From Tubiluchus corallicola (taxonomy: Eukaryota > Animalia > Priapulida): a stretch of 64,000 nt of DNA. Made by a program: the position numbers and the translations under genes. Shown one piece after another: positions 13,001 to 27,070 of this stretch (positions are counted from its first letter, which is position 1; every line of letters begins with the position of its first letter). Below the pieces are notes generated by a model. The model was not told the origin of the DNA. It searched no databases and saw only the letters and a program-made list of their open reading frames with translations. Location: contig JAQGDQ010000239.1 in assembly GCA_030141605.1 (NCBI GenBank), forward strand, positions 248,001 to 312,000. The letters run 5' to 3'.

Positions 13001-16000
13001 ACCGAAGTCCACACATACCTCTATGATTGCTTTCATGACCATTCCTGCTCCTTTAACAATAGCTAGGGAAGGGTGCTAAAAGAAAAATACATTAATATAA
13101 GCTATGCTTACAAAGTATAGTTGAGAAAATTTTAGCACACTTGTCTGCAATTACATTATCTTCAGAAGCGGAATAGGTGAGATCCCTTGGACACATTTCT
13201 TACATAAAAGGCATCCTTGCAGGAAGATTCCAATTTACCTGGAAAAGTTTAAAGATACAACGTCCTTCCTCTGCTGCCATTTCCAGCAAAGTGTCAAATT
13301 GTGCTCCATCAGTAGTTTCGCTATATGGGGCACAGAGAGCAAATGTGAGAAAATCCAACAATGCGGATATCACTAATGAACCCTGCTCACGTTTCTGTAA
13401 TAAATAATATTAGCAAAACCATGAATCAGCGATGTCTAGTGGCAATGCATCAAAAACAATGAAAGTCATTATCTTTGAATAATGTCATTAACATTGAGTC
13501 AACAAAAAGAACTTGGTGACTAACAAAATCTGAAGCAGTATCATGAACCAATTACCATACTGGCTTTACTATGACAATTTCACAACTTTAATAGACAAGG
13601 GGAAGAATTTCACTATAATTTGCCAGAATCTAAGCAAATTCTTCCCTAAATTTTTTACGACAATCCTGAGAATCGAGGTCTAAATTATATAGTTCAAGTA
13701 TGATGAATTATAATTATTGAAGCGGTGAAGACTGTATTTCAACTAGTGATATATTATAAGAATTAATGACTATTAGTCCTGACATCTTTTTCAGAATGAG
13801 ACCTAATATTTCCTGATTCAGTCTCCTAGCCATTTAAAATAATGTTGATTTTTTTTCTTTGTCAGTAAACCACAATCATCATTTTCTTCATCAACAAATG
13901 TGTCACTAGCATTTAAAATGAGAATTGCTCTAAATTTATGGAAAACACAAAAAATTTTGTTAATAAGTTGATAAATCAGCCATTTCCAAACTTTACACCT
14001 CTGCATGGAGTGTGTACTATTGTTGACTTGGCAACGAGAGTAGATCCCTAAAATTTTTAAGTGCAATTCTGAATGAAAAGCGCAGTGCACCAAAGACACT
14101 TGTGAATTAACTAAGTAAACTCGCAAGTGCAATATGGCAGCACATGTGCTACCATAAGGAAAAAAATGAAAATGTCTGATTAGTGCCAGTAATTTATTTT
14201 TTAACATTCAGGTAAACCCGCATGGTTCTAATCAGATTCGCGGTAATAGGCATTGGTGCATAGAATTCTGGCCCCGTAAGACCATCTTTGCCATTCAGTG
14301 TCTCAACTTAGAGAGTTATCCTTGAGGAAAGGTTAAATTCCTGCTATGCCATAACAATCTACAGCCCAATTGGCTCTGCCACTCAGCACTCCATTCCAAT
14401 AATGCGCAAAATGCATATCTTCTAATAACTCATTTTTAGAGCATTAATATTGAGGAGAGGCTAAATTCCTGTCCTACCATAACATTCTACAGTCCAATTA
14501 GCCCTGTCACTCAGCGCTTTATTCCAATAGTGTTAGAAATGCAAAAATTTACAAACAAGAAAAGTATGGTAGCAGTATACAGAATGTTTATCTTCAACAA
14601 CAAAGGCACCTCATAGTGTGGAAAATGTAGAGAATGAATCCCGTGATTATTCCCTTAAAGGTGGATACTCTGAAAACACAATGTCTGAATCTGAATGTGA
14701 ATCCATACTTACCACGTATGAGATGAATATATCAAGCAAACTTCTCAGGAACTTCTTTGAAGTAAGAATAGAATATTTGTTAAGCTGTTCTTGTCTGAGA
14801 TCATAGTCATCATGCATTGGCTGCAAAAATATAAATCTTAAGTACTGCCAAATGTTATTCACTTCTAATGCAAGGCTCCCAAAAATCAGTGTTTAGAAAA
14901 GTTGCTATTCCAGATAAATAGCTGAGTTTATTCACTTCATGCAACCTGTGCAAATGGCAACCAGGGTCATCATCAGTCAATACACATGCAAAATATTATG
15001 CACATATAGTTATAACAAAAGCATAACAAAATGTATGAGGTAAAAGTGAAGCAAGTAAAGCGGTACAAAACCTTCCCTTGAAGAAAATATAGGCAAAAAT
15101 ACAGACATAAAGCAGTACAAATTAAAATTTGTTACCATAATTTCCAGGCAAGGTACTTCATAGAAAAAAACATTACTGCCTTCTCATATGCTCACTTAGA
15201 CAAATTAAGGAAAACAATTTAATACAGGAGTGACTTAATAAAAAAATTTAAACCTTTCTCTTCATGTATTTACCTGCATTAGCGCAATGATGACATCTAT
15301 CGCAGCATGTGCAATACCAGGATCATTTCTTTGCAATGACCGAACAACCTTCACACCCACCTTTTCCCTGAACCTAATAAGAGACAAACAATAGAATTAC
15401 AAAAAATTATGCACTTCTGTCAACAGTTTATGATGACAGCGGCGGCGGCAATGACGACAATGATAATGATAATAATAATAATACATACTCTTTCTATAAA
15501 ATTTGTTTCAAAAGCGCTGTACAATTAACACATTTAGATAAAAGTAGTAAAAAAGTATAATGCAATTAGACCTATTATAAATCATAAAAAATCTGCACAC
15601 ATTCATCACTTGTACGCTAAAATACAGCTTAAAAAGATTAAGATTTTCAAAAAACATTCGGAACATTATGAACATTTTAGCTAAATAAATACTGGATTTT
15701 ATAAAGTAATGGTACTAATACTCATTATTTCAAGGAACAATAAGAATTCTTTTTCCGCAAAAGAGTATTCAAGAATCTCTGATTATTATACACCTACATT
15801 TCACAAAGCTACCCAAACAAAGTAACTTTGCAACTTTGTAAAATCAAGACGCATAATTCTGCTAAGACACTAGTTTCCTTTATTAGTTTCCAAAATTACA
15901 TGCGAATACAACATACGTAGGTAATTCTGTGAATGCTTGAAATCCCGCCTTTGATGCAACTAGTCGTCGCAATGCATGAAACTGGCTCTCTGTTTCTTCA

Positions 16001-19000
16001 GCTGTTTCAACTTCTTGATCTCCTTCATGAGCAAGAAGAGCAGTCAAAGCACCATTAATTAACTTCTCTTTGTTCTCAGCAAATAAGCCCTGAAATACGT
16101 CAAAACAAGAAAATTATGTTCCTGCTATTAGCATTACAAATAAACATTTTTTGTTCAATTTTGCCATAAGAGGAATGATTGGAAACTTTACGTCTTCTTA
16201 CTCAAAAATTTGTGGTATTATAAAATACATACATCTTGAGTTACAGCGTGGAGAAGTCCACTGTATGGCACATTGCAGTTGAATCGAGTTACAGCCATCC
16301 CAAAGGTTTGTCCAGCTGTAAAATGTTAATGCTGTGCGAGTAGTTACAAATTTACAGATTTCTACAAAATAAATTTGAAAAATGTATTTTCTAAACATTT
16401 CTGTTACGCGTAAGTCTCAAAAACATAAAGAAACACTTTATGTACCATCTTGCTATAGTACACTAACTATTTTAAGCAATTTCTTAGACTAAAATCTCAA
16501 TTTGTTTGACAGCCACATGTTGGACACTCACCAAGCCAGTTTATAATATAGGTGAAAGGCTGATAGCCTTCACTGCATGGCGCCCTAACATAGGTTTTTG
16601 TTTACAATCAGCTAAGGGAATTGGAAACTTGTTAATCAGAACGCAATTTGTTTAAGAAGATACAAAATATAAGGTCGAACAAGAACTTTCTATGCTCGGT
16701 ATAATGGGTCCTGGACTTGACTAATATGTTACCACCCTCTTTTTGAAAAAATGCCAAATCAATTACCATAGACAAATTATTGTGTAAAATAGTAATATAT
16801 GAGGTTGTATAGCTCATACCTGGCTGTTGAGCTAAGAATTTTAAATGCCTGCTTTCCACTTCTTCATCTACTGGAACGGTAAATGGACCAAGGCGCATAC
16901 CTCGTGGTGTCAGACACATTTTAATGTGAATATCCCTATTTCCAGATGCACGAACTCCATCCAGTAAACTTGCTAATAATGAATCTCTGTAAGAACATTA
17001 AACAAGTTCACTCTAGCTTCAAAAGAATGGCAAAAATGCAAAGTAACTTTTGTTTAATTCAACAGTTTCGACCTCAGCTGAAATTGTGTAACGATATAAA
17101 GTGATTGGGTAACAGGTCTATAAAAAAAAATCTATAGAAGAGTAAACACGTAAAATGTGGAAAATTGAAATTAATGCAATGAAAAATCTAAACAATACAG
17201 TAATTAGTAAACCGCAAACGCAACGTCAATTATTATCTAGCACTCTGCATAGCTGCAGAACTCGATCAACTACAGTACCCGAATGTATTAAACAATGGTT
17301 CAAATAAGCAGTGTGATGCATATAGACATTCACGTGTAGCTCAGCAGTAAAAATTCAAGTTGAATGAGCTCACTAGATGCAAAGTCTTTCAATACATGTA
17401 AAGCAGTCAGTTAAAGTTATCTAATTTCAAGTGGATGCTACAACAATGAGAATCATAAGTGCATGCATGCAGAATAGAAATGAGATATAAAAAATATCAG
17501 ACTCCATGATAGTCAGAAAAAATAGAATTAAAAAATAAGATTAAGAATATTTAAAGTAAAAGCCCAGCCATTTTTTATGCATATAAAAACCATCTAGTTA
17601 TCTAGAAGGGAAATAATGAAATAAAATTCCAACATTTCCATGTGTGACAACTAACCTGGTTAATTATTAAACATGATTATTTGAACATTCGCAGCACTGT
17701 ACCCGCAGATTCTGTACTCGTCAAACTTCACTCACTTAACGTAGTTTGACATCCTGGCAGGATCAATGGACAGAACACGTACAGTTTACAACAGATTTAC
17801 GTTATCGCCACAGAAATTTCAGCAAATACAATTATATACTAGCACATATATTGGACTAAAACGATTACAGATATTAGAAGGTTTTAAAGGAAGTGCGAAA
17901 GTATTGAACTGAGATTTTAATCCTTAATTGCTGCTAGTAGAAACTGATAAATTTTTAGGGCTGTCAGTTGCACATTTATTAAATTTGTTAAATGTTTATA
18001 TATAGCTGTTACTAAAGTGACTGATTATGTTTGTACCTGTCTAATTATTAAAATTGACATCCAGCTATCTATTGCTACTGAAACGGGAATTTTAATGCAA
18101 AAACCTGTCATACAGTGAAATTCTAAACTAACAGTCAGATTGGTAAAACACTCTCTCAGCACATTTTTACTTGCTCTAAAATTCATAGTTAATTCTGTTA
18201 TGTGAAGCATGGAACCATTTTGCAAACATTTTCCCATGCAGTGATGCTGTTCATTTGAATTAGCAGTTCAGAACACTGGCACAGGCGCATAAATTTAGAC
18301 ATGTGGTTAGTAGAGTGGTTAACAAACTAAGAAACTACTTTTGCTAGAGGAGAATGAGTACAAGAAAAAACAGACGTGATTTCTTAGCAAGATGTTAACT
18401 ACCAGATGTTTATTAGTGTTCATGCAAACAGAAAGTGAAAATCATTTTCTGTTTAAAATAACTTTTTCAAGAAATCACCCCTTTAAGTACAATTCATTAA
18501 TTACGCACTCAATAGAGCCAATGATATGATTACGACTGACTAGCATGCAGTGTAGCTTCGGAGCCATATTCACCGTAGGAAATTGACCTTTTTTACCAAA
18601 ATGTGCAGAATTTTCGGGAGATAATAGGGAAATAAATTATTTCCTTCAGTGAAAATACCTACCCTGGAAAAATGGGTGTCCAGGTTTGCCGAACACCTTT
18701 GATAAAGTACTAAACAGATTGCCAGCCTTAGTGCGACTACATCAACCATCAATGGTCATACGATCAGAAGGTAAAATTGTTTAATTACTTACTTAATTAG
18801 TTGATTATTTTACAAAAGTGATTGAAATATCAAAACATGTTCCTTGAACTTTTGTACAAGAATGCTGATAAAGCCGGGCTTTTACTTTAAAGTAACGCTA
18901 CTGTCATCATAAGCCTACCTGTCTGTAGACGTGTAATGCCTAACTTGACCTTTTACATATTCTAGGGAAAACAGCTGGGGATTTTCTTGATTCCTAATCG

Positions 19001-22000
19001 CCGCAAAAATCTAGAAAAAAATCAAACAAAAAAGTCTATAACAATTAAAAGCAACTTTCTTGGAAATGACATAATGAAAATTCATTTATTTACAGACTAA
19101 ACAGAGAAATAGTATTGTTGTTAAAATCGATGAATTTTTTACTACACTAACTCGGGGCCATTTTAACAGCATTGTGCAATACATGGCTCGCAAGTGGCAT
19201 GTAGCCCCGCCCACCTTGACGATGTAACACGCATTCTCACAAACATTCGCTCGCTGCAAGTCCCAAAAGCATATAAACAAAGGTGAAAACACGGATAGCT
19301 TCCGTATTGCCATCTGCCCAAATCTTTAGTTAAAAAACAGTAGAAAAGAGAAAGTTTGAAAATGGCAGAAAGATAATAGACATTATTATGCGTTTTATAT
19401 GCAAATACTCCTGAGGTTGAAAGGCCTGGCACAAGTAATCGAAAAAGAGTTATAGCCAAAATACAGCGTGTCTGATTGGTCATTGCGGGGTGGACCCCAC
19501 TGGTTGACTGACGTTCTGCACTAACTTTCTTATTACTTATTCACTGTTAATTTTATTTGTCCTTTAAGGTAGTTTGATTCCACAAAACAGAAAATCACCA
19601 GTTTTAGACAAAAGGTGAAAATATTTTTACTAAAAATGAAAACGTATTGTAAAAAATATTTAAAGTATCATGTTTTAAGTAAACAGCTTCACAGATGGGC
19701 ACCAGTCTGTACTTTGGAATGTTTAGTGAAAGGCTAACTGACTCAACAACAAGGTCACATACAAAAAACTTACAACAAACCATACTTACATCACAGAGTG
19801 GCCTAAGAGTTACGATATGATACGTCCCTGGATCTCGCTCTATGAGGCAGGTTTCAGAAAGACACAGTAATCGTCTGACTTGTTCATTCTACAATTATAA
19901 CAAAGCACATATGAGAACATTCATTTTGTCTACTGAAGTCTCTTAAATTGCCCTATATTATATTATATTATTCTGGAATTATCATCATAGACCTTTGAAA
20001 TAGTGCAATTACAGTAGTTATTAGGCTCACGGTTAATAGAATCAGTCACCTAATTGACTCAAAATGAGTAGTACGTGCTGCTCCTATTCAAGTATATATA
20101 AAAACTGTTGGCAATTGACTCAAATAACACTGCATAATTGACTCAGTAGTTTTCCTTTATGTACTTAATATAAAAAAGACTTGTGTGTGACCAAAGAGCT
20201 TCAACTGCTTCTATATCATCTTTACATTGATTTTGTGCACCACAAAGTACTTAAAAACAGCTATGTTAAGTACAGTTTTGTTTGTAAGCAGGTACGTTTA
20301 TCACATGCTCATATGCTAGTGCAGAGGTGTTGCTTTGAATCTGTCACATGTTCATCTGCTGCAGTTAGCCTCCTATGGAAACTAAACATTTAATCACTTA
20401 TGCAACGGTTTGCTTTTGAAGTTCCCGCTGCTTTTCACAGGGGAAAAGGTCATCACCAACTGCAACTCAAGCACTAGGTGACTAGGTGTTTTGATTGAAC
20501 AATGAACATGTGTGGCATACAGCAACTGAACCAACTCCTTGAAGAAATGAAGCAACTGACCGTGCACGAAGTTTTGTAATGTTTACTGATAATAATCAGA
20601 TTTGTGCGATTTAATCATTTTCTTGTTTATTAAATCACTGATATAAATTAATATACTTAAATAATTGCACATAGGAACTTTGACATTAATTTGTTTCTAA
20701 AATCCATTTCAAGCCTTTGGAGTGCATACTAAGGTGATGAGTGATGATCATATTTCTATAGTACTAACATGCTGCACCATTAGCTAATTGATTCAATCGG
20801 TTAATTGGGTTAAAACATTTCCATTCAAAAGTGAGTCTATTGTAAGTTACTGTAAATTATTACAGGAGCCTACTGTAATTTATTTTGCAACTAAGATATG
20901 TAAATGAGATTTGGGCTGTTCTTTATTTTCATGACAACTCAGGCACTCATACAATTTTACAAATGAATAAGCAAATATTCTGACAACTGAATGAAAGTAA
21001 ACTTACATTATGTCTAGGTGATACTTTGTGAACAGTAAATTCTGCTAACGACGTAAGACATTCGTCTGAGCTGAAATTACCAAATTTCTTATTCTGACAC
21101 TGTTCGAATGTCCATGATTCCTTCGGAGGTCGAAGTGTCACTCCTGCACCAGTCATAGCATTTTCAATGCACTTTTGAATGATGTCATCTCGATTTTGAG
21201 ATGCAAAAAAGTGCTGAAGAAAATAATGTATAAAAACCATTTTCAGTAAAACCATCTAAGAAAACACAAAAGGCTGAAAAATGATATTTGTCTTAACTAC
21301 GTTACCTAGTATAAAAATATCAAACAGTATATGTATATAACAGAAGAAGAGCAATCATGCATGCATATAATGTTAATTCACGAGTACAATAATTGTGAAT
21401 CATTAGAAAGTAAATCTAATTTAGGTATTATATTTTATTTGATGTACATAGTGTGAAACTTAAAATGTTTATAAACCTTGTTATGTGAAAATGTAAATTA
21501 TTTATCAGAGCCTGCAAAAAGGGACACCTTTTTATATATATATGATATTTTTTTAATAAAGATTTATTATTATTATTATTAAAAATAGAAATATCGTATA
21601 TGAGCACAAATAAATGTTTTTTACCCTAGGAAGCCAATCAAAATAATAAACTGGGAGTTTGTACATTGCAAACATAACTACGTTTAGTGCACTATATAGT
21701 TAGTAATGCACTATAAAAGCATGACATCGATGAAGTTACAAATATTATATAAAATTTTGATATAAAACAAAAAATCCACCACTTTGACAATTTGAAGAAA
21801 AAATACAAATTTTAAATCTTACAGTTTCTGACAGACAAAAATTTTTGAATTCTGACGGTCAACTTCACATTTTTTTAAACCAAAGTAAAGGTGACAACTC
21901 TATGAAAAATTATACAGAGGCATTTAATACACAACAAATATCACTCCCTAAGTAAGTTTAGAAAACAACTGTAAAAGGAATAATCAAGCATTAACTGCAT

Positions 22001-25000
22001 GTTAACCATTTTAAGAAATGTTATTTAACTTACTAGTCTTCCATAACCACCGTATGTGAGTCCAAAACCACCGGGATAATCAGAAATCTGCAAAATAACA
22101 TAGAAGCAAATACAGCAAAATAACAAAAACACAAACAATCAGATGATAAAACTATTTCTAAAAAGTACAACAGTACAGTTGTACTTTGAAGTTGTTTTGA
22201 AAATACTGTGTGCAGATTTTCAATGCTATGGCCAAGTAATAACTGTACTAGACATCTAATTTCACAAGAAAGCAAAATATATGCCATCGATTGCACCACT
22301 CGATAAAAAATCAGGGTAGGCCTATTTAAGAATTCCAAATAAACACATGGCAAAGTTTACAGCAATGTGAACTTTAGAAAGCTTATAAAGTTACCTGCTT
22401 AGTATATATGAAAAATCTACCATTTATGATAATATCTATAGGTAAAGTGACGCAGTGATTTTAGCCTCACCAAATAAGATGTTAAATTCGTTAAGCTCAC
22501 AGTCGTAAATTACATTAGTTAACTGTATAAACTAGTCTTATTAACACATTCGTTATGCAATTCCCAGCAGCCAGGTCAGGGGTGTGCAAATTATCTGACT
22601 AGCCAGGCCACATTAAACTTTCCCCAATTCCTGCGGGCCACAAGCAGTTAGATCAAGGAGCCAAGTACAGTAAGTACAGTAGGACCTAATAACAATTTTT
22701 TGCATGCGATCTGCGAACATCATTACTACTGCACTACTACACTCAAGAAACTATTTAAGAAGTTATTAAAATTTATATTAAAAACCATATATTTCTACTT
22801 TCACAACAGATAGTGGTAATTTCATTACAATGCATATTAGTAATGTGTATCACACAGTCTGTGTAGTACAGTGCATATTAATCTGTTTTGACTCGATGTT
22901 CCTCTTCAATCTTCCTCTTTTTTCTTATCCATAACATCTGATTCTGATCTATAACACTACACCTGGTGAAATGACGAAAGAACTACAAATGAAGCGTGTA
23001 CTACTGAGCCTAAGCAGTAACTAAAATCTGGGAATCCCCCCTAAATCAGGGGTGACCACAGTTTTTCAGCTTGCTGGCTACTTACAAATTGATCTGCCCA
23101 GTCGTCTTCTTGGTCATAGTAGGTAGATCATTTTTCTACCTGCTGTGACCAAGAAGACGACCAGGCAGATCAACAGCCTCGATAATAAAAGCCTAGAGAT
23201 TGGCTGGTTGGTCTTCCTACCAGCCAATCAGATTGCTTTTCGCATTTCTTGCGATCGAGCGTTTCAATGGCGGCTTCCGCGATAGTTTGCTGTGTTTTGT
23301 GATTACGTCGCTTTTTTGTGTTCCAAGTGAGCAACGTGTAATTTCGTCATGTCCAACAGTGACATTATGTGACAACCGTCTTGTAAGGGCTAAGGCCATC
23401 CGATCTAGTGGAAAAAACTATCCGCACTATCTTTGCAATCATGGCGCGGGATTCAGCTGGATACACTCAATTCATCGCCCAGGCCACACTTTCATTAGGT
23501 TGACAAATCTCTTCATGGGCCACACAAAATCTCTCGGCAGACCGCAAGTGGCCTGCGGGCCGCACTTTGCACACCCCTGAGCTAGGCATTAATAATGCAA
23601 AACATCATCACACATGAACACTGTGAAAAAGCAACATTAATTTAAATAAAAACAGTTTTTTACTTACCAACATGAAGTTCTCAATGTCTTTATAATCATA
23701 AGAACACAGTGTCTTATTAGTGCTTGGATCCACTTGATCTAATGCACCCCTGCCTATCTCAAGCTGAATTGGTATGCGTGTATCTGACCAGTGATGTTTG
23801 TAAGCATTAAATTTCTGTAATAAAATGATGATCAGAATAAACACAAGCTACAGTATCTTTGAACATAAAGTTAATGTGCAGCAAATCAACTAAAACATTG
23901 CTAAAAGTTAATATGCAAAAGTTAATGTTTTATTCTAAAATTTTTGTAGCAAAGCATACACAATGATTACAAATTTATTAAATGATTATAAATTTAGAAA
24001 AAAATGCATATTTTCCTAAAAGCAACACTGCCTTATTGACCATTTTATGAATTCAAGAGACAAAAAAGATTTGGTAATTACTGAGCAAATTTCATTTATA
24101 TGTTTCTACCAACACCTTTCCTAAGTAAATAAATAGATAAATAAAAAGAAACAAAAATACAGCATTCATAAAAACATATACTTACAAGTTTTGGCTTACT
24201 AATCTGCTGTGCAAATTCATGTGTAAACCTCTGCAAGTAAACATATAAAATGAGTAGTGAGTGTACGGCACAGCATTAGCAATATTATTTTCAGAAAGTT
24301 AAATTTATCATTAAATGTCAAATTCACAATACTTTTACAAAGACTATGTTCCATATGTCAGAATTCAACTTATGGAATATGGTTTTTACATTTTTTGTCT
24401 TTTTAATGCAATAACAGACATTAAGCGGACATGTACCTGTGTTTGACGACAGTAAACTTGTGAATTGCAGTCAAATAATGTACTTTTCATCACATTTTAA
24501 AACTTCTCAAAACTTGAAAATCTCAAATATAAATTACACATCTGAAGAAATCTGTCAGCAAATTTCATTTAATTATTAGCCAGTCAAATTCAGTCATGAA
24601 TCACAAATAAATAAACCTGTCATGATGCTTTGCGAATTCAAGTAGCTTGCAAATTCTGCATTAATGAAATAAAGTTAAGACTTGCATATATTATATGTAC
24701 CAGAGCTTCTGTGATAAGGTCGGCACGGTGCTCCGTAGAAAACTTCATCGTATCCGATTTCTTGCCAGATTTTTTGAAGGAAATAATAAACTCATTTGCT
24801 GCTCGTGTCTTTACATTTGGTACAATGCTTTCAAGTTCACTATATGGCCACTTCATTAAAAGACATATGTTTCAAATTATTAACAAATCAGCATTCAGTC
24901 ATCTAGAAAGGAGTCAGCAATCGATCATCAAGACAACACACTCACTTTATATTATTATTGATCAGAAACTCTTACTCTGAACACATGTCAATTTTTATAC

Positions 25001-27070
25001 TAAAAACAATGAAAACTAGTCAAATTGATAATAAATGTTTGGCACACATGTAAAAAAAACAAAGTGAGCATCCAAGAAACTCATTGAATGACGTATATAT
25101 ATATATCATTCGTTTACTTTTTATCACAGAACAAAAAGAAAAATATTATGCAAGTGCAAAAAATAAAATAATTAGAAAAAAATTTTTAAGACATAAATTT
25201 TATACTGTAAAATAAAATAGAGTAGAATAGCAGATAACAAAATAGAACAAGATGAAACAAAAAAGAACAGAGGCTGAACTGAGAAATAGAAAAGGACACA
25301 AGAGGAGGGGAGAGAATACAAGAGGAGACGAAAAGGGAAGAGAGACAAAGAGGGAAAGGGGAAACGAGAAGCGGTGAAATACTTTTTTCTGTGGAGCACT
25401 GTATGCTACACTAAAATAAAAAGCGAATGAACTTTAATACAGAATGATGATCCCTTAATCCCATCTCTAGTTTTTAAGCCAAATAAGTGTTATTATAATC
25501 ATTTGCGATGCACATATACATGCCTACTTTCTTGTAACTTATGTAATACAAAAGTGCACTTATGTAGTTAAATTATAAAACCAATTACAGTGAAACTTCT
25601 TTAAAACCTACTTTAGGTCTGCAAAAACGCTGGCATATATGGTACAGTTTGGTACAAGATCTTTAAATTTTGCTGTACATGAGTCACAGAAAACAGTTAT
25701 ACAAGTATAGATTCCTCAATTTTCTACTCAGCAATTCTTGAATTAAAAAGAAAATTATTAAATTAACCTCTTTATTAACTAAAAAGTTTTCGTCAATTTT
25801 CTCTACAAAGCTTACCATGCAAGCACAACAGCTTTTATATTTTAGTTTATTTTGTATTTTGTTTTTCATCTGCACAACCTGGTGCACTATTTTAGCACAA
25901 TTACAACCATTAAAACAATGTATGTCTTAAGTTTCGAAGTAGATTCTTGTTTGTTTTACGTCTTGTAAAGTAAGCAACCAATACCATTGTACACCAGAAG
26001 CATGAGTTTGGGAAACATCACTTTTGTTCAAACTTAAAATTTCTACTTCTTTACCTTTACCTCTAAAGTAAAAATGATTGGTTTCCCTTTTTGGCATAGT
26101 TAGTCCCAGTACGAATCAGTCTGCACTTTACAGACTTACAGCCAATTTTGTCACAACTGTATTAATTTTAACAATCATTATCAATTCAGGTTGCTTCAAG
26201 TTGAGTCACTCAAGCACAGCAGCATGTGGTATGAAGTTAGTTACAAAAGTTACAACTTACAAGCTTGTGTGGGTGAGTGCTATATGACACTTATGATAAA
26301 AGTTGTTGTACGTAAAAGGATTTTCGTGAATTAGTAATTAAAAGAAGGATTTTTAAACTATTTGATAAAATACTTAACTCGTTTTTTCTGCATATTTTAA
26401 GACAGACGTGCATTGTTATTTACTTGTTATTGTACATAAATGTTTACATAATCTTAAACGAAACACCAATGTTTTTGTGGAGCAGTCGTTGGCCTGCCAG
26501 ATCAAAAATGGGAAGCAACAACGATAATTTGCCGTCTGCCAGACTAAAAGCAGGAAGCACCAGCAATAACTTGCTGAGGGAATCGCCATGCGAATCATGG
26601 TATTTTGAGCCTTACAAATGAGAGTAGAGAGCCGAGAGGAGAGAAGAATAAGGAAGACAAGAGGAGGAAAGCAAACAGAGCAGAACGACACTTAACAGAA
26701 AGAGTATGAAAACTCAAATTTATAATGTTAAAAACTTATAGTTTAGAAGACTACAATTAGAATTTACTAAGAAAAAAATCAACTGTAACGAGTCAATGCA
26801 TAAAATACACAGGTAATACCACACAGGATGGTCCTATTCTGAAATACGCACAACATTTTACTTTGTTAAAACTATTATAATAATGCTTTTGTGTGACTGC
26901 AATTTAAAAAAATGGCTTACCTGGTTTGTTATTTCAAGATTGTTAGGATTGTACGTTGTTATTCCTGCTGTGCCAATTGAAAAAATCCTCTTATATTTTC
27001 CTTTCAAAGGCATTCCATGTTTGACAACAAAGTAGCAGGCAACGTCAGTGTTTTCTCTTATCAGCGTCAT
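4065..27070 (-). CDS. DNAJC13: DnaJ homolog subfamily C member 13 (RME-8), N-terminal ~1086 aa; gene continues beyond the left edge of the window
   Basis: 27 GT-AG exons joining in frame (3258 nt): 27070-26921, 24850-24701, 24230-24186, 23814-23668, 22087-22034, 21213-21007, 19888-19790, 19010-18919, 16986-16820, 16315-16233, 16089-15917, 15373-15274, 14820-14713, 13394-13239, 13075-13019, 12750-12629, 12505-12334, 12015-11902, 11724-11599, 10192-10085, 9515-9406, 9090-8931, 7868-7806, 7134-7033, 6858-6754, 5607-5405, 4149-4065. The translation matches RME-8 throughout: [44 protein letters not shown] (IWN repeat), [13 protein letters not shown], and GYF-like [20 protein letters not shown]. 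The J domain is not reached. Confidence 0.96.
5975..6516 (-). mobile_element. Truncated copy of pogo/Tigger-like MITE family B
   Basis: Reverse complement of 55621..56117. For example, gctaatgcgttccag here pairs with ctggaacgcattagc there, and tttttagaacagaataatgcaat pairs with attgcgttattctgttctaaaaa. One end is missing. Confidence 0.75.
9541..9685. mobile_element. Degenerate end of a non-autonomous DNA transposon (hAT-like, with gtaact/attact/aaagtagt subterminal repeats)
   Basis: Cluster of short aaagtagtg / caattact / gtaact motifs in both orientations. No partner end was found. Confidence 0.35.
14322..14543. repeat. Diverged tandem duplication, period ~128 bp
   Basis: ttgaggaaaggttaaattcctg...ccataacaatctacagcccaattgg...cactcagc at 14322 recurs as ttgaggagaggctaaattcctg...ccataacattctacagtccaattag...cactcagc at 14450. 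Confidence 0.85.
20012..20875 (+). mobile_element. pogo/Tigger-like MITE family A, copy 1 (degenerate TIRs)
   Basis: Colinear with 34928..35844 (ctcacggttaataga, tgtttgtaagcaggtacgtttatca, aagtgagtctatt). Ends CAGTAG...CTACTG are flanked by TA. Confidence 0.85.
22577..23579. mobile_element. Non-autonomous hAT (Charlie-like) element
   Basis: Perfect 14-bp TIRs CAGGGGTGTGCAAA...TTTGCACACCCCTG, with gcgggcc subterminal motifs. Flanks agccaggt / agctaggc (6/8 match) are consistent with an aged 8-bp TSD. Confidence 0.85.
25225..25375 (+). repeat. Purine-rich low-complexity tract
   Basis: About 150 bp of almost exclusively A/G on the + strand. A similar shorter tract lies at 26620..26690. Confidence 0.7.

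Noticed and set aside
13818-13885. Minus-strand ATGATGA...CTGA...CTGA resembling an intronic C/D box snoRNA
   Set aside because: No terminal stem, no recognisable C' box or rRNA-complementary guide. Such short motifs are expected by chance in AT-rich DNA.
23200-23580. 126-aa + strand ORF
   Set aside because: Lies within the hAT MITE and runs into its TIR. No transposase motif.
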